This document shows positions 26,221 through 34,477 of a DNA stretch of 64,000 nucleotides, one piece after another. Origin of the DNA: Myxococcota bacterium (GTDB taxonomy: Bacteria > Myxococcota_A > UBA9160 > SZUA-336); the NCBI GenBank assembly GCA_035498015.1, contig DATKAO010000018.1:1835-65834 (forward strand), in the 5' to 3' direction. A model generated the notes under the pieces. That model had not been told where the DNA came from. It worked only from the letters and a program-made list of their open reading frames with translations, and did no database searches. How positions within the stretch are numbered: the stretch's first letter is position 1; the number at the start of each line of letters is the position of its first letter. Position numbers and translations under genes: made by a program.

Positions 26221-27143
26221 GGCTCGGCCAGGCCTGCGACGAGCGCGCTGCGGAAGGCGCGCAGGGTCTCGGAGCGCCAGGCGCCCGCCGGCTCCTCGAG
26301 CCAGACGGCGTCGCGCAGCTCGGGGCGGCCGCTGCGTGCCGCGTGGAGCTGCCCCGCGCGCAGCAGCGGCTCCGCCAGCTCGCGCGGCACGACCGCCGCG
26401 CCCGCGCCCGCCAGCACGAGCTCGAGCGCCATGTCGGTGCTGGCCGCGAACACGCGCACGTCGGGCGCGAGCCGGCGGCGCGGGAAGTGGTGGCGCAGCC
26501 AGCGGCGCACCAGCGTGCTGGACTGGTAGTAGTCGACGAAGGGTTGCGCGCCGAGTGACTCGACCAGCGCCCGCCCGCGGGCGAAAGGTCGCGCCGCCAC
26601 CAGCAGCAGCTCCTGGCGGAAGAGCAGGGTGGAGCGCACGCGCGCCAGCGGCGAGTGACTTGCCTCGAGCGCGAGCGCGAAGTCGAGCCGGTTCGCCGCC
26701 AGCGCCTCGCGCAGCTCGCCGTGTGCGCCGTAGAGCAGCTTCACCTGCAGCTTGGGGTGACTCGCGGTGAAGCCCGCCAGGAAGCCCGCCACCCGCGCGC
26801 GCGACGCGCCGAGATAGAGCCCCAGCCGCACCTGGCCACGCACCTCGCGCTCGGCGTTCACCACCAGCTCGAGCGCCGCGGCCAGCTCCTCGTGCAGGCG
26901 GCCGAAGCGGCGCGCCAGGGTGCGGCCCTCGCGCGTGGGCACGAGCCGCCGGCCGACCCGGTCGAAGAGCTGCACGCCCAGCGACCCTTCGAGGCCCGAC
27001 ACGCTCTGGCTCACGGCCGAGCGCGTGAGCCCCAGCGCCGCCGCCGCGGGGCTGATCCCGCCGCGCTCCGCCACGGCCAGGAAGGTGCGCAGCTTGTTGA
27101 GGTCGACATTGTTCAGCGCCACTGAACGATTCCGCCAGGACAT
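26217..27143 (-). CDS. LysR-family transcriptional regulator
   Basis: HTH LNKLRTFLAVAERGGISPAAAALGLTRSAVSQSVSGLE followed by a LysR substrate-binding domain. Confidence 0.8.
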   Translation of the reverse strand: MSWRNRSVALNNVDLNKLRTFLAVAERGGISPAAAALGLTRSAVSQSVSGLEGSLGVQLFDRVGRRLVPTREGRTLARRFGRLHEELAAALELVVNAEREVRGQVRLGLYLGASRARVAGFLAGFTASHPKLQVKLLYGAHGELREALAANRLDFALALEASHSPLARVRSTLLFRQELLLVAARPFARGRALVESLGAQPFVDYYQSSTLVRRWLRHHFPRRRLAPDVRVFAASTDMALELVLAGAGAAVVPRELAEPLLRAGQLHAARSGRPELRDAVWLEEPAGAWRSETLRAFRSALVAGLAEP

Positions 27144-27185
27144 TTAACGCGGCTAATCTAGCAGAGGCCGGTTAGGATCTGCGCC

Positions 27186-27560
27186 ATGGCCCTGCTCGAG
27201 TTCAACGGAGCGCGTCTCTGGCCGCGGCTCGGCTGCGGCGCGGAGGAGCGCGCCCGCCCGCAGGCCGTCGACCTCGACGTGGCGGTGCGCTTCGCCGAGC
27301 CGCCGCCGGCGTGCGAGAGCGACAAGCTCGGCGACACGGTCTGTTACGCCGACCTGATCGAAGCGGCGCGCGCGGCGGTCGCGGGCCGGGAGTTCCACCT
27401 GGTCGAGCGGCTTGCGCACGAGCTCTACGCCGCGCTGCGTCCGCTCGTGCCGCCCGGCGCCGAGCTCTGGCTGCGCGTGACCAAGCTCCACCCGCCCGTG
27501 GCCGATCTCGCCGGCGGTGTCGCTTTCTCACTCGGCGATTTCGAGAGGTCGTCCGGCTAG
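27186..27560 (+). CDS. folB: dihydroneopterin aldolase
   Basis: CYADLIEAARAAVAGREFHLVERLAHEL aligns with E. coli FolB (SYADIAETV...LVERVAEEV). Confidence 0.75.
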   Translation: MALLEFNGARLWPRLGCGAEERARPQAVDLDVAVRFAEPPPACESDKLGDTVCYADLIEAARAAVAGREFHLVERLAHELYAALRPLVPPGAELWLRVTKLHPPVADLAGGVAFSLGDFERSSG

Positions 27561-27569
27561 AATCGCGCG

Positions 27570-28928
27570 ATGGCGCGATACGACTTCGACCTGTTCGTGA
27601 TCGGCGCGGGCTCGGGCGGCGTGCGCGCGAGCCGCATGTCCGCGAGCTTCGGCGCGCGCGTGGCGGTCGCCGAGGAACGCTACCTGGGCGGCACCTGCGT
27701 GAACGTGGGCTGCATCCCGAAGAAGCTGCTCACCTATGCGGCTCACTACGCCGACGACTTCGAGGACGCGCGCGCCTACGGCTGGACGCTCGGCGAGCCG
27801 GCGTTCGACTGGGCGACGCTCGTCGCGAACAAGGACCGCGAGATCGCACGACTCAATTCGGTGTACGGCAAGCTCTTGGCCGACGCCGGCGTGAAGGTGA
27901 TCGACGCGCGCGCGCGCATCGTCGACGCGCACACGGTCGAGGCGGCGGGCAGGACCTACACGGCCGAGCACCTGCTGGTCGCGACGGGCGGCTGGCCCCG
28001 CCGGCCCGACCTGCCGGGCATCGAACACGCGATCAGCTCCAACGAGGCCTTCCACCTGAAGGAGCTGCCGCGCAGCGTGCTGGTCGTGGGCGGCGGCTAC
28101 ATCGCGGTCGAGTTCGCGGGCATCTTCCACGGGCTGGGCGCGCGAGTCACCCAGGTGCACCGGGGCGAGCTCTTCCTGCGTGGCTTCGACGACGACGTGC
28201 GCCACGCGCTGCGCAGCGAGATGGAGAAGCGCGGCATCGAGCTGCGCTTCGGCATGAAGCTCGGCTGCATCGAGCGCGCCGGCGCCGGCCTGCGCACCGT
28301 GTTCGCCGACGGCAGCGCGCTCGAGACCGACCAGGTGCTGGTGGCGATCGGGCGCGACCCGAACGTGGCGGGGCTCGGGCTCGAGGCGCTGGGCGTGGCA
28401 CTCACTCCGACCGGCGCCGTGGCGGTCGACGACTTCTCGCGCACGAGCGCCCCGAGCGTGTGCGCGATCGGCGACGTGACCGACCGGCTGAACCTCACGC
28501 CCGTGGCGATCCACGAGGCGATGGCCTACGCGCGCACGGTGTTCGGCAAGACGCCGACGCCAATCGATCACCGCGACGTGCCCAGCGCCGTGTTCAGCCA
28601 GCCGCAGCTCGGCGCGGTGGGACTCACCGAGGCAGCGGCGCGCGAGAGTCACGGCGAGCTCGACGTATATCTCAGCTCGTTCAAGCCGCTGCGCCACACG
28701 CTCACCGGCCGCGACGAGAAGACGCTGATGAAGCTCGTGGTCGAGCGCGCCGGCCAGCGGGTGGTGGGCGCGCACATGGTCGGCCCCGACGCCGGCGAGA
28801 TCATCCAGGGCATCGCGATCGCCGTGAAGCTGGGCGCGACCAAGGCGCAGTTCGACGCCACCGTCGGCATCCATCCCACCGCGGCGGAAGAGTTCGTGAC
28901 GATGCGGACGCCGGTGGCGCGCAGCTGA
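27570..28928 (+). CDS. gor: glutathione-disulfide reductase (class I pyridine nucleotide-disulfide oxidoreductase)
   Basis: MARYDFDLFVIGAGSGGVRAS...GGTCVNVGCIPKK matches the Gor N-terminus and redox-active CVNVGC. The C-terminal HPTAAEEF dimerisation-domain His is present. Confidence 0.75.
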   Translation: MARYDFDLFVIGAGSGGVRASRMSASFGARVAVAEERYLGGTCVNVGCIPKKLLTYAAHYADDFEDARAYGWTLGEPAFDWATLVANKDREIARLNSVYGKLLADAGVKVIDARARIVDAHTVEAAGRTYTAEHLLVATGGWPRRPDLPGIEHAISSNEAFHLKELPRSVLVVGGGYIAVEFAGIFHGLGARVTQVHRGELFLRGFDDDVRHALRSEMEKRGIELRFGMKLGCIERAGAGLRTVFADGSALETDQVLVAIGRDPNVAGLGLEALGVALTPTGAVAVDDFSRTSAPSVCAIGDVTDRLNLTPVAIHEAMAYARTVFGKTPTPIDHRDVPSAVFSQPQLGAVGLTEAAARESHGELDVYLSSFKPLRHTLTGRDEKTLMKLVVERAGQRVVGAHMVGPDAGEIIQGIAIAVKLGATKAQFDATVGIHPTAAEEFVTMRTPVARS

Positions 28929-29246
28929 GTCAGCGTCGCCGATCGGATCGTGCTGATCAGGATGAGGGCCGCCACGACGAGCGCGATCGCCGGGTCGAAG
29001 GCGCAGATGGGAACGAGCCCCAGTGAGTTGAACAGGTTGGCCCAGCGCAAGAATCCGCCGGAGAGTCCCGTGCGAAGCGTGTGGGCGAGGACGAGAAGAG
29101 CGAGGGCGACCTCGATCACGAGCACGCCGCCGTTCGGGAAGAATGCACCAGCCAGCGGTTTCCGACGGTGTGCCAGGGCCCTCGGCGAACGATGCCTCCG
29201 TTGGCTTCACGAGTCAACGTGAGACACGCTGTTTCCCCGCGATCGT

Positions 29247-29275
29247 TTGACACCCCCCTGGGCCTCCGATAGGTT
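29247..29275 (+). promoter_or_regulatory. sigma70-type promoter (TTGACA, 17 nt, TAGGTT) driving a leaderless mRNA
   Basis: TTGACA at 29247, a 17-nt spacer containing GGGCCTCCGA, TAGGTT at 29270, and the ATG 7 nt downstream of the -10 element. Near-identical module at 34011..34039. Confidence 0.5.
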
Positions 29276-29282
29276 CGCGCGG

Positions 29283-29657
29283 ATGCGGGAGTTTTTCTCC
29301 GCGCCCGTGAAACGAACTGCGCTCGCCGCCGCGTTGGCGCTCGCAACGCACGCGCTTCTCCCGTATCTGCACGTGCACCCCAACCCATGCAGTCCTGGCC
29401 AGTGCGCCTCCGAGGCGAGAGCCGGTCAGCCGGCATCGTCCGGCGCGGGGAGCTCGAGCTCTCCCGACGACTGCCCCGTGTGCAGCGCGCTCGCGCACGG
29501 CGGCGCCCGCGCCATCAACGCCCAGGCACCGCATCTGCTCGACTTGGTCGAGCTCTGGCTGGCGAACTCGCCGCCCGCCGCAGAAATCCTCGCGCCGACC
29601 AGCGACGTCGAAGTCGCTTGCGCGCGCGCGCCTCCTGCGCTCCCTCGCTCCGCCTAG
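29283..29657 (+). CDS. small Cys/His-rich exported protein, paralog of 34048..34428 (DUF2946-like?)
   Basis: 124 aa. Hydrophobic N-segment, CSPGQC, Ser/Gly linker, DDCPVCSALAHGG, C-terminus ...PRSA. The paralog has HCGICGAFAHGKG and ...RRSA. Confidence 0.5.
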   Translation: MREFFSAPVKRTALAAALALATHALLPYLHVHPNPCSPGQCASEARAGQPASSGAGSSSSPDDCPVCSALAHGGARAINAQAPHLLDLVELWLANSPPAAEILAPTSDVEVACARAPPALPRSA

Positions 29658-29849
29658 AGAAATCGTCAGCTACTGATCGATTCTCGGCAGAGTGCGCGAT
29701 GACGCCGAGGGGTGTCGTTCGCAGCTGACCGCCTGCCGGCCGTCGATCCAGGCGATCCGCCACGCCTGCGCAGTCACTGCGCCTCAGGAGTGGCCGTGAC
29801 CGGCCAGGTGCGCGCGCGTCGCGGGTGTCGGCCGGAGAGAGGGACGACC

Positions 29850-32195
29850 ATGAGAGGAATCACCATCGCGCTCATCTGCGCGCTGCAGCTCTGCAGCGCC
29901 GCGATTGCTTCGGCAGATCCCGCAACGCCAGCCGGCAAGGTCGTGGGGCGGATCAAGGACGCGCTCGACCGGCCGCTCGGAGGCGTCGAGCTCAAGCTCC
30001 AGGCACCGGACGGAAGCACCGTCGCCACGACCACGAGCGCACCGGACGGCCGCTTCGAGTTCGGGAACGTCGCGTCGGGCACGTACTCGCTCAGCGCCGC
30101 AAAGCAGGAGTTCGAGACCGCGACCGCCATCGTGAGCGTGAGCGGCGGAGAGACCGCTTCGGCGCAGCTCGTTCTGGCGTCGAAGACCGCGCTCGAGCTG
30201 GGAGTCGTCGCCCAGAAGCTCGACGTCGCGCGGAACTCGATCACTCCGAGCACCGGGAGCAGCGTCTACAACATCACCGAGAAGGCGATCGAGGCGCAGC
30301 CGCAGGGCGACAACTCCTCGTTCAACGAGGTCTTGCTGCGCGCGCCCGGGGTCGCGAATGACTCGTTCGGTCAGATTCACGTCCGCGGCGACCACGCGAA
30401 CCTGCAATACCGCATCAACGGCGTCCAACTGCCGGAGGGCATCAGCGGCTTCGGGCAGTCACTCGACCCCCGCTACGTCGACGGCCTGCGCCTGATCGAC
30501 GGCGCGCTTCCGGCGCAATACGGCTTCCGGACCGCTGGTGTGATCGAGATCGACACCAAGAACGGGGCCTACGAGCCCGGTGGCAGCGTCTCGATGTACG
30601 GCGGCAGCCACGGCACCATCGAGCCCAGCTTCGAGTACGGGGGCGCGAGCGACACGCTCAGCTACTTCGTGACCGGCAACTATCTCTACAACAACCTCGG
30701 CGTCGAGTCTCCCACGGGCACGATCAATCCCATTCACGACCGCTCGAATCAAGCGAAGGGCTTCGCCTACCTCTCGGGACTGCTCGATCCGACCACGCGC
30801 GTGAGTCTCATCACGGGCAACTTCGTCGGCAAGTTCGACATCCCGAACAACCCCGGCCAGATCCCCGGCTTCACCCTCAACGGCGTGCCTACCTTCTCTT
30901 CGCGCGACCTCGATGAGAATCAGTCTGAATGGAACCACTACGGAATCCTCTCGCTGCAGAAGTCGACGGAGTCGGTCGACTATCAGCTGTCGGCGTTCAC
31001 GCGCTTCAGCCAGACGCTCTTCCGACCCGACCTCGCGGGTGATCTGATCTTCAACGGAGTCGCGAGCCGGGACCTCCGAAACAGCTGGGCGAACGGCCTG
31101 CAGGGCGATGCCAGCTACAGGCTCAATGACTCGCACACAGTTCGCTTCGGCCTTCTCTTTCAGGAAGAGAAGATCACCAGCGACAACGACGTGACCGTGT
31201 TCCCGGTCGATGCGGGCGGCGCACAGACCAGCGACGTCCCCTTCACGATCACCGACAACAGCAACAAGCTCGGATACCAGTATGGCGCGTACTTGCAGGA
31301 CGAGTGGCGACTCACGAAAGAGCTCACCTTCAACTACGGTCTGCGCTACGACCGCGTAGCGGCGTTCGTCCGGGGCGGGCAGGTGAGCCCGCGCATCAAC
31401 ATGGTCTACGCCACGCCGGAGGGGACGACGCTCCACGTCGGCTGGTCGCGCTACTTCACGCCGCCGCCACTGGAGCTCGTCGCGCCGACGTCGGTTGCGG
31501 CGTTCAATGGAACGACGAACGAGTCGGCGATCCAGGCCGACTCACCCGTGAAGCCCGAGCGGACGGACTACTTCGACGCAGGGATCACGCAGGTGATCTT
31601 CCCCGGATTTCAGGTGGGGGTCGACGGGTACTACAAGAACGTCCGGAACCTGATCGACGAGGGACAGTTTGGCGCCGCGCTGATCCTCTCGCCCTTCAAC
31701 TACAAGCGGGGCTACGTTTATGGCACCGAGCTCACGGCCTCGTACCAGATCGAGAACTTCACGGCGTTCGCCAACGTGGCCTACTCGGTGGCGCGCGCGA
31801 AACAGGTGGTGTCGAGCGAGTTCGAGTTCGACCCGGACGAGCTGAACTTTATCGCCCAGCACTTCGTCTATCTGGACCACGACCAGCGCTACACCACGTC
31901 GTTCGGGGTTTCATATCTGTGGAGAGATACCCGGTTCACGGTGGATTGCCTGACGAGCAGTGGTCTGCGTCGCGGCTTCGCGAACACGGAGAAGCTTCCC
32001 GCCTACGAGCCCGTGAACATCGGCATCTCGCACGTCTTTCGCGTCGGCTCATTCGGCACTCTCACCGTGCGTGGCGACATCATCAACCTGTTCGACGAAG
32101 GCTACGAGATCCGCGACGGCAGCGGGATCGGGGTCGGCGCGCCGCAGTTCGGACAACGCCGCTCGTATTACGCCGGTATCTCGAAGAGTTTCTGA
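29850..32195 (+). CDS. TonB-dependent receptor with N-terminal carboxypeptidase-regulatory-like domain
   Basis: ATG at 29850 after GGAGAGAGGGA. Signal peptide. Cna-B/CarbopepD-reg-like segment GRIKDALDRPLGGVELKLQAPDGS...GRFEFGNVASGTYSL, then plug and barrel, C-terminal ...GISKSF. Confidence 0.85.
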   Translation: MRGITIALICALQLCSAAIASADPATPAGKVVGRIKDALDRPLGGVELKLQAPDGSTVATTTSAPDGRFEFGNVASGTYSLSAAKQEFETATAIVSVSGGETASAQLVLASKTALELGVVAQKLDVARNSITPSTGSSVYNITEKAIEAQPQGDNSSFNEVLLRAPGVANDSFGQIHVRGDHANLQYRINGVQLPEGISGFGQSLDPRYVDGLRLIDGALPAQYGFRTAGVIEIDTKNGAYEPGGSVSMYGGSHGTIEPSFEYGGASDTLSYFVTGNYLYNNLGVESPTGTINPIHDRSNQAKGFAYLSGLLDPTTRVSLITGNFVGKFDIPNNPGQIPGFTLNGVPTFSSRDLDENQSEWNHYGILSLQKSTESVDYQLSAFTRFSQTLFRPDLAGDLIFNGVASRDLRNSWANGLQGDASYRLNDSHTVRFGLLFQEEKITSDNDVTVFPVDAGGAQTSDVPFTITDNSNKLGYQYGAYLQDEWRLTKELTFNYGLRYDRVAAFVRGGQVSPRINMVYATPEGTTLHVGWSRYFTPPPLELVAPTSVAAFNGTTNESAIQADSPVKPERTDYFDAGITQVIFPGFQVGVDGYYKNVRNLIDEGQFGAALILSPFNYKRGYVYGTELTASYQIENFTAFANVAYSVARAKQVVSSEFEFDPDELNFIAQHFVYLDHDQRYTTSFGVSYLWRDTRFTVDCLTSSGLRRGFANTEKLPAYEPVNIGISHVFRVGSFGTLTVRGDIINLFDEGYEIRDGSGIGVGAPQFGQRRSYYAGISKSF

Positions 32196-32196
32196 G

Positions 32197-32844
32197 ATGA
32201 CATCGAACCTGACGGAGACACTGGCTGCGCTGCGCATCGGGGGCGCCGTCATCTACCCGCTCCTGGCGCTGGCGGTGCTCGCCGGGGTGATCGCGCTCGA
32301 CAAGTGCTGGGTGTACCTGCGCTGGACGCGTCTGCCGGCGCAGATCACCGATACCCTCGAAGAGTTCGGCTTCGACTGGAGCGGGCTCGAGAAGCAGCTC
32401 GCGAACGTCGATGGCCGGAACTACCTGGCGCGCTTCCTGGGTGTGATCGCGGAGAACCGTGAGCACCCCGCATGGTGGGTCGAGTCACGCGCCGCCGACG
32501 AGGCCAGCATGATCGAGCGCGCGCTCGCGCGCGGTCTCTGGGTGCTGGAGACGATCGTGACTGCTGCGCCGCTGCTCGGGCTGCTCGGCACCATCACCGG
32601 CATGATCCGCTCCTTCCACCTGTTCGGAGACCAGAGCCTGGTGGACCCGCGTGGCGTGACCGGCGGAGTCGCCGAAGCGCTGATCGCGACGGCGGTAGGG
32701 CTCTTGATCGCGCTCGCCGCCCTCTTCGCGTTCAATCTGCTGTCGAACTGGCAGACGGCCTTCATGGACCAGATGGAGCGGCTCGGTACGCGGCTGGTCG
32801 ACCACATCCGGCTCGACGAGGAGAAGTCCGATGCGGCTCCGTAG
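32197..32844 (+). CDS. exbB: MotA/TolQ/ExbB proton-channel protein
   Basis: 3-TM topology with the conserved TAAPLLGLLGTITGMI region. Start 2 nt after the receptor stop. Confidence 0.85.
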   Translation: MTSNLTETLAALRIGGAVIYPLLALAVLAGVIALDKCWVYLRWTRLPAQITDTLEEFGFDWSGLEKQLANVDGRNYLARFLGVIAENREHPAWWVESRAADEASMIERALARGLWVLETIVTAAPLLGLLGTITGMIRSFHLFGDQSLVDPRGVTGGVAEALIATAVGLLIALAALFAFNLLSNWQTAFMDQMERLGTRLVDHIRLDEEKSDAAP

Positions 32845-33229
32845 ACAGCGGCGCGCACGGCGCGGGCGCATCGAGATCATCCCGATGATCGACGTGATGT
32901 TCTTCTTGCTCGCCACGTTCATGCTCGCCTCGCTCGCGCTGCAGAACCTGCACTCCCTGCGCGTCGACCTGCCGCAGGGTAGAGCGGATCCGCTGCAGGC
33001 GCACTCGCCACTCACCCTGGGCGTGACGCGCGACGGGACGATCTACGTGAACGAGGTCGCGCTCACGCTGGACGATCTTGCTCCGGCGCTGCGGGCGATG
33101 CTCCACGGCGCCGATGACATCGTGGTCTCGGCCGACGCGGCCGCACCGGAGGGAGTCGTCGTGCAGGCGATGCTACGCGCGCGCGACGCTGGCGCGCAAC
33201 ACTTTCTGATCGCGGTCAGACGCGACTGA
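32831..33229 (+). CDS. exbD: biopolymer transport protein ExbD/TolR
   Basis: IEIIPMIDVMFFLLATFMLAS TM helix and a periplasmic domain. 132 aa. Confidence 0.85.
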   Translation: MRLRRQRRARRGRIEIIPMIDVMFFLLATFMLASLALQNLHSLRVDLPQGRADPLQAHSPLTLGVTRDGTIYVNEVALTLDDLAPALRAMLHGADDIVVSADAAAPEGVVVQAMLRARDAGAQHFLIAVRRD

Positions 33230-33248
33230 CACCGAACGGTGTTGGACG

Positions 33249-33905
33249 ATGGATAGCTCCTGGCAGCGACTGCCGTTCACGCTCCCGGGCGCGATCGTCC
33301 TCACCTCGACCTTGATGCTCGGCTTCCTGCGCCTCATGTCTCTCGGGGCGGCGGTGACCGCGCCGCCCGCGCCGCTGGACGCCCGCTTCGTCGAGATCGG
33401 ACCTCCGGAAGCCTCGGCGGCCGCGGCAGCACCTGCCGCCCCACCCGACGTCGCACCGCGCAGGAAGGTGCCTGCCGAGTCGAGGCCGCGGCCGAAGCCC
33501 GAGGCTGCGCAGCGGCCGGCGCCAGCCTCTGCAGCGCCGGAGACGGCGGGGCCAGCGGCCGCCGAATCGGGCGCCGAGACCTCGGCGAGTGCCGCTCGCA
33601 GCCAGCCGAGCGAGGCGCACGGCGGCGCTCCCGGGGGGAGCATGAGCGCACGCGCACTCTACAAGCCGCTGCCCGAGATTCCCGAACGGCTGCGACGCCA
33701 TGACGTGGAGCTCGTCGCGGTCGCACGCTTCCTGGTCGCGGCGGATGGCACCGCGCAGGTGGAGCTGATCGAGCCCACCAGCGAGCCGAGTCTGAATCAG
33801 AGCTTGTTGGTCACGCTTCGCACCTGGCGCTTCTTTCCAGCGCTCGAGCAGGGCCGGCCCGTCGCGTCCACGATCGATCTCCGGATCCCGATCTCGGTGC
33901 GCTGA
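33249..33905 (+). CDS. tonB: energy transducer TonB
   Basis: N-terminal anchor, Pro/Ala-rich spacer, C-terminal PEIPERLRRHDVELVAVARFLVAADGTAQVELIEPTSEPSLNQSLLVTLRTWRFFP TonB-C domain. Confidence 0.8.
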   Translation: MDSSWQRLPFTLPGAIVLTSTLMLGFLRLMSLGAAVTAPPAPLDARFVEIGPPEASAAAAAPAAPPDVAPRRKVPAESRPRPKPEAAQRPAPASAAPETAGPAAAESGAETSASAARSQPSEAHGGAPGGSMSARALYKPLPEIPERLRRHDVELVAVARFLVAADGTAQVELIEPTSEPSLNQSLLVTLRTWRFFPALEQGRPVASTIDLRIPISVR

Positions 33906-34010
33906 CCGCAAAGACCCAGGCGTGAGTCATGAGTAGCTTGTTAGCTGCGCCGGGTCACTGCACGCGACTACACAATTGTGTGACGGACCACGGCGCGGAC
34001 CCGAAGCGCG

Positions 34011-34039
34011 TTGACACCGATGGGGGCCTCCGATAGTTT
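34011..34039 (+). promoter_or_regulatory. sigma70-type promoter (TTGACA, 17 nt, TAGTTT) driving a leaderless or near-leaderless mRNA; paralog of 29247..29275
   Basis: TTGACA at 34011, spacer CCGATGGGGGCCTCCGA, TAGTTT at 34034, ATG at 34048. A 12-bp perfect palindrome ACACAATTGTGT lies 30 nt upstream. Confidence 0.5.
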
Positions 34040-34047
34040 GCGCGGCG

Positions 34048-34428
34048 ATGGGGACTCTCGCTCGCGAGGCGCTTCGCCGGGCAACGCTGCTCGGCTTGCT
34101 CGCGCTCGCGTCCGCGACGGTGTTGCCGTCCGTGCACGCGATCGTCGGCGGCTGCGCTCACGCCGTGTCGGCTTGCGACGCCTCCGACCATCAGGAGAGC
34201 GCGAGAGATGGCGCTGCTGGCTCGACGAGTCATAGGAGTCACTGCGGCATCTGTGGCGCGTTCGCACACGGCAAGGGCCGGAGCCTCGCATTGGGTCCCG
34301 CCCCGTCGGTGGCCTCGCCGCTGCTAGGCATCCCGGGCGCGCCTTTCGTTCCGGTCGTGGTCCTCTCCAGCAGCGACCGCGATGTGGCAGGTGCGCGCGC
34401 GCCGCCCGCTTCCCGTCGATCTGCCTGA
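34048..34428 (+). CDS. small Cys/His-rich exported protein, paralog of 29283..29657
   Basis: 126 aa. Hydrophobic N-segment LLGLLALASATVLPSVHA, CAHAVSAC, HCGICGAFAHGKG, C-terminal ...RRSA. Confidence 0.5.
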   Translation: MGTLAREALRRATLLGLLALASATVLPSVHAIVGGCAHAVSACDASDHQESARDGAAGSTSHRSHCGICGAFAHGKGRSLALGPAPSVASPLLGIPGAPFVPVVVLSSSDRDVAGARAPPASRRSA

Positions 34429-34477
34429 AAGAAGTCGTCAGTCACTCTGAGGCTTTCTCTTTTTTTCGGAGGATGCG

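Noticed and set aside
28929-29125. Minus-strand ORF (GTG at about 29125) encoding a hydrophobic 60-aa N-terminus, which runs 280 nt into the gor 3' end
   Set aside because: The intergenic portion has good GC3 and a membrane-peptide-like sequence, but the remainder is Ser/Thr-rich antisense of gor. Not called; it could still be a small membrane protein and deserves a ribosome-profiling check.
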